DNA from: an uncultured bacterium
GTDB taxonomy: Bacteria; Muiribacteriota; UBA6191; CAZXTJ01
Assembly (NCBI GenBank): GCA_964643655.1
Contig: CAZXTJ010000001.1
Span: 1-50,263, forward strand
Direction of reading: 5' to 3'
DNA: 50,263 nucleotides
Notes under the pieces: model-generated
What the model was told of the DNA's origin: nothing
Seen by the model: only the letters and a program-made list of their open reading frames with translations
The model's database searches: none
In this document: positions 49,194 through 50,263 of the stretch, in pieces
How positions within the stretch are numbered: position 1 is the stretch's first letter
Layout: every line of letters begins with the position of its first letter
Translations under genes and position numbers: made by a program

Positions 49194-50263
49194 TTATCTG
49201 CGAGTTAAACGAGCAAAGCTTTCATCTGGTTTATGTTCTTTGGTCCATTCCTTATGTAAGGCACCGTCTCGACCCGGTCTGTCGAGGGCCTCAATCAAAT
49301 CCTCTGCCGTACCAAAGTGACATTTGTTTGTCGTCAAATCTTTGTCAATGAACGCAACGAGGTCGAGCTCTTGCTCAATTGTTCCTCTCTCATCGCGCCA
49401 TTTTCTAATGATGGCGTTTGCAGGTAGTCGTTGGGAACCTTTGATTTTTTCCAATTTGAAATTGAGCAAGTCGCGGTAACAACGGTAAATGAGTTCAGTG
49501 CAAACAAGCTTGTCTTCTGTGGCAAAACTAAAGGAGAAATCATAAGGTTTGCCAAGCTGTGCAAAAGCTCGCTTGATGGCGGTATCTATATCCTGGTCTT
49601 TCAATCGGGGGCGGAAGACGACGACATAATCTGCTTGGCAGCCAGCCTCTAATGAACGGATGGATACACCTTCACCTATGCCTTCAATGATCCTTCGTTC
49701 GTTGCCGTCGGCACAGGGAGATGAATGTTCTCTAAGGCAACGTGCTACCTCTGGATCATCCCATAGTTGTTTTTTAATCACGTTCTGAGAAGTGCCAACA
49801 TACAAGATGCCATGTTTGAAAAATCCAGGAAGAAACATATTGCTCATTACCCAGTTTTTCCGAGTAATGATGATGTCTCCAGGAAGCAGTTGCTTTTTCA
49901 GTTTTTCGACCAAACCACTCGTTGGTACGGCATAAGGGATGTCTTTTGTTCTGCGTCTTACTGCCATGGCTATACTCTCGACGAGTTTGTACCAAAGGCC
50001 ATTGGCGGTCTTGCCTACTTTGCTAAAAACACCACCAACCTTTGCTCTAAGGAGAGTGGGGGCTTCTCTAGTGATGTTGTTGTAGCTCCTATCGCAACTA
50101 TTAAAGAGGCTTTTCGGAATGCCAGCATCTGTGAACATTGTGCGGTTGTTATCTTTGGGGCTGAGATACAGGTGACATTCTTTTACCAGTTTTTTTAATC
50201 TGCCGTCTCTCAACTCAGCAGTAGTATTGTCATACAAATCATTGGGAATGGCATATTCTGGTA
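49194..50263 (-). CDS. YiiX/YaeF-like permuted papain-fold (NlpC/P60 superfamily) protein, possibly 5'-truncated by the window edge
   Basis: GDIIITRKNWVMSNMFLPGFFKHGILYVG and YDFSFSFATEDKLVCTELIYRCY fit the YiiX pattern. The frame stays open from TTG 50237 to the window end. Confidence 0.6.
   Translation of the reverse strand, partial: PEYAIPNDLYDNTTAELRDGRLKKLVKECHLYLSPKDNNRTMFTDAGIPKSLFNSCDRSYNNITREAPTLLRAKVGGVFSKVGKTANGLWYKLVESIAMAVRRRTKDIPYAVPTSGLVEKLKKQLLPGDIIITRKNWVMSNMFLPGFFKHGILYVGTSQNVIKKQLWDDPEVARCLREHSSPCADGNERRIIEGIGEGVSIRSLEAGCQADYVVVFRPRLKDQDIDTAIKRAFAQLGKPYDFSFSFATEDKLVCTELIYRCYRDLLNFKLEKIKGSQRLPANAIIRKWRDERGTIEQELDLVAFIDKDLTTNKCHFGTAEDLIEALDRPGRDGALHKEWTKEHKPDESFARLTRR

Noticed and set aside
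1-50263. Search for mobile elements, phage genes, toxin-antitoxin pairs or known defence systems.
   Set aside because: No transposase, integrase or recombinase motifs were seen. I found no terminal inverted repeats or target duplications, and no nuclease, helicase or methylase clusters. The STAND NTPase at 25078 is fused to a kinase and TPR region, and it sits in a signalling context rather than next to a nuclease or other defence-type effector.

Overview
This is a gene-dense 50.3-kb chromosomal window with about 40 protein-coding genes on both strands. I found no rRNA or tRNA genes, no CRISPR array, and no transposase, integrase or phage genes. The source is a diderm, signalling-rich bacterium: it has lipoboxes, LspA, prepilin-type leaders, and FHA-containing sigma-54 activators. 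That profile fits Myxococcota/Bdellovibrionota or the PVC group, but the taxon cannot be fixed from this window.

Main themes:
1. Ser/Thr-phosphorylation signalling is unusually dense. There are four Hanks-type kinases, one APH-like phosphotransferase, and three FHA-domain proteins. These include two tandem FHA-GAF sigma-54 enhancer-binding proteins and an FHA-GAF-PAS hybrid histidine kinase. A creBC-like two-component pair and an ECF sigma/anti-sigma pair are also present.
2. Three sites match the sigma-54 -24/-12 spacing rule. All three sit in front of small exported proteins.
3. Parts of a non-canonical type IV filament/T2SS-like apparatus are dispersed across the window. They comprise two diverged copies of a three-gene cassette (a large pseudopilin lacking Glu+5 plus two minor pseudopilins), a GspE-type ATPase with a GspF-like cytoplasmic domain fused to its N-terminus, and a cNMP-binding TadZ/ParA-like protein lacking the Walker A lysines. 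No major pilin, secretin or prepilin peptidase lies in the window.
4. Housekeeping genes include lspA, mgtE, a TtuA-like tRNA thiolase, a GNAT, a methyltransferase, and a glgC interrupted by one in-frame TAA.

All domain calls rest on motifs read by eye from the translations. No database search was run.
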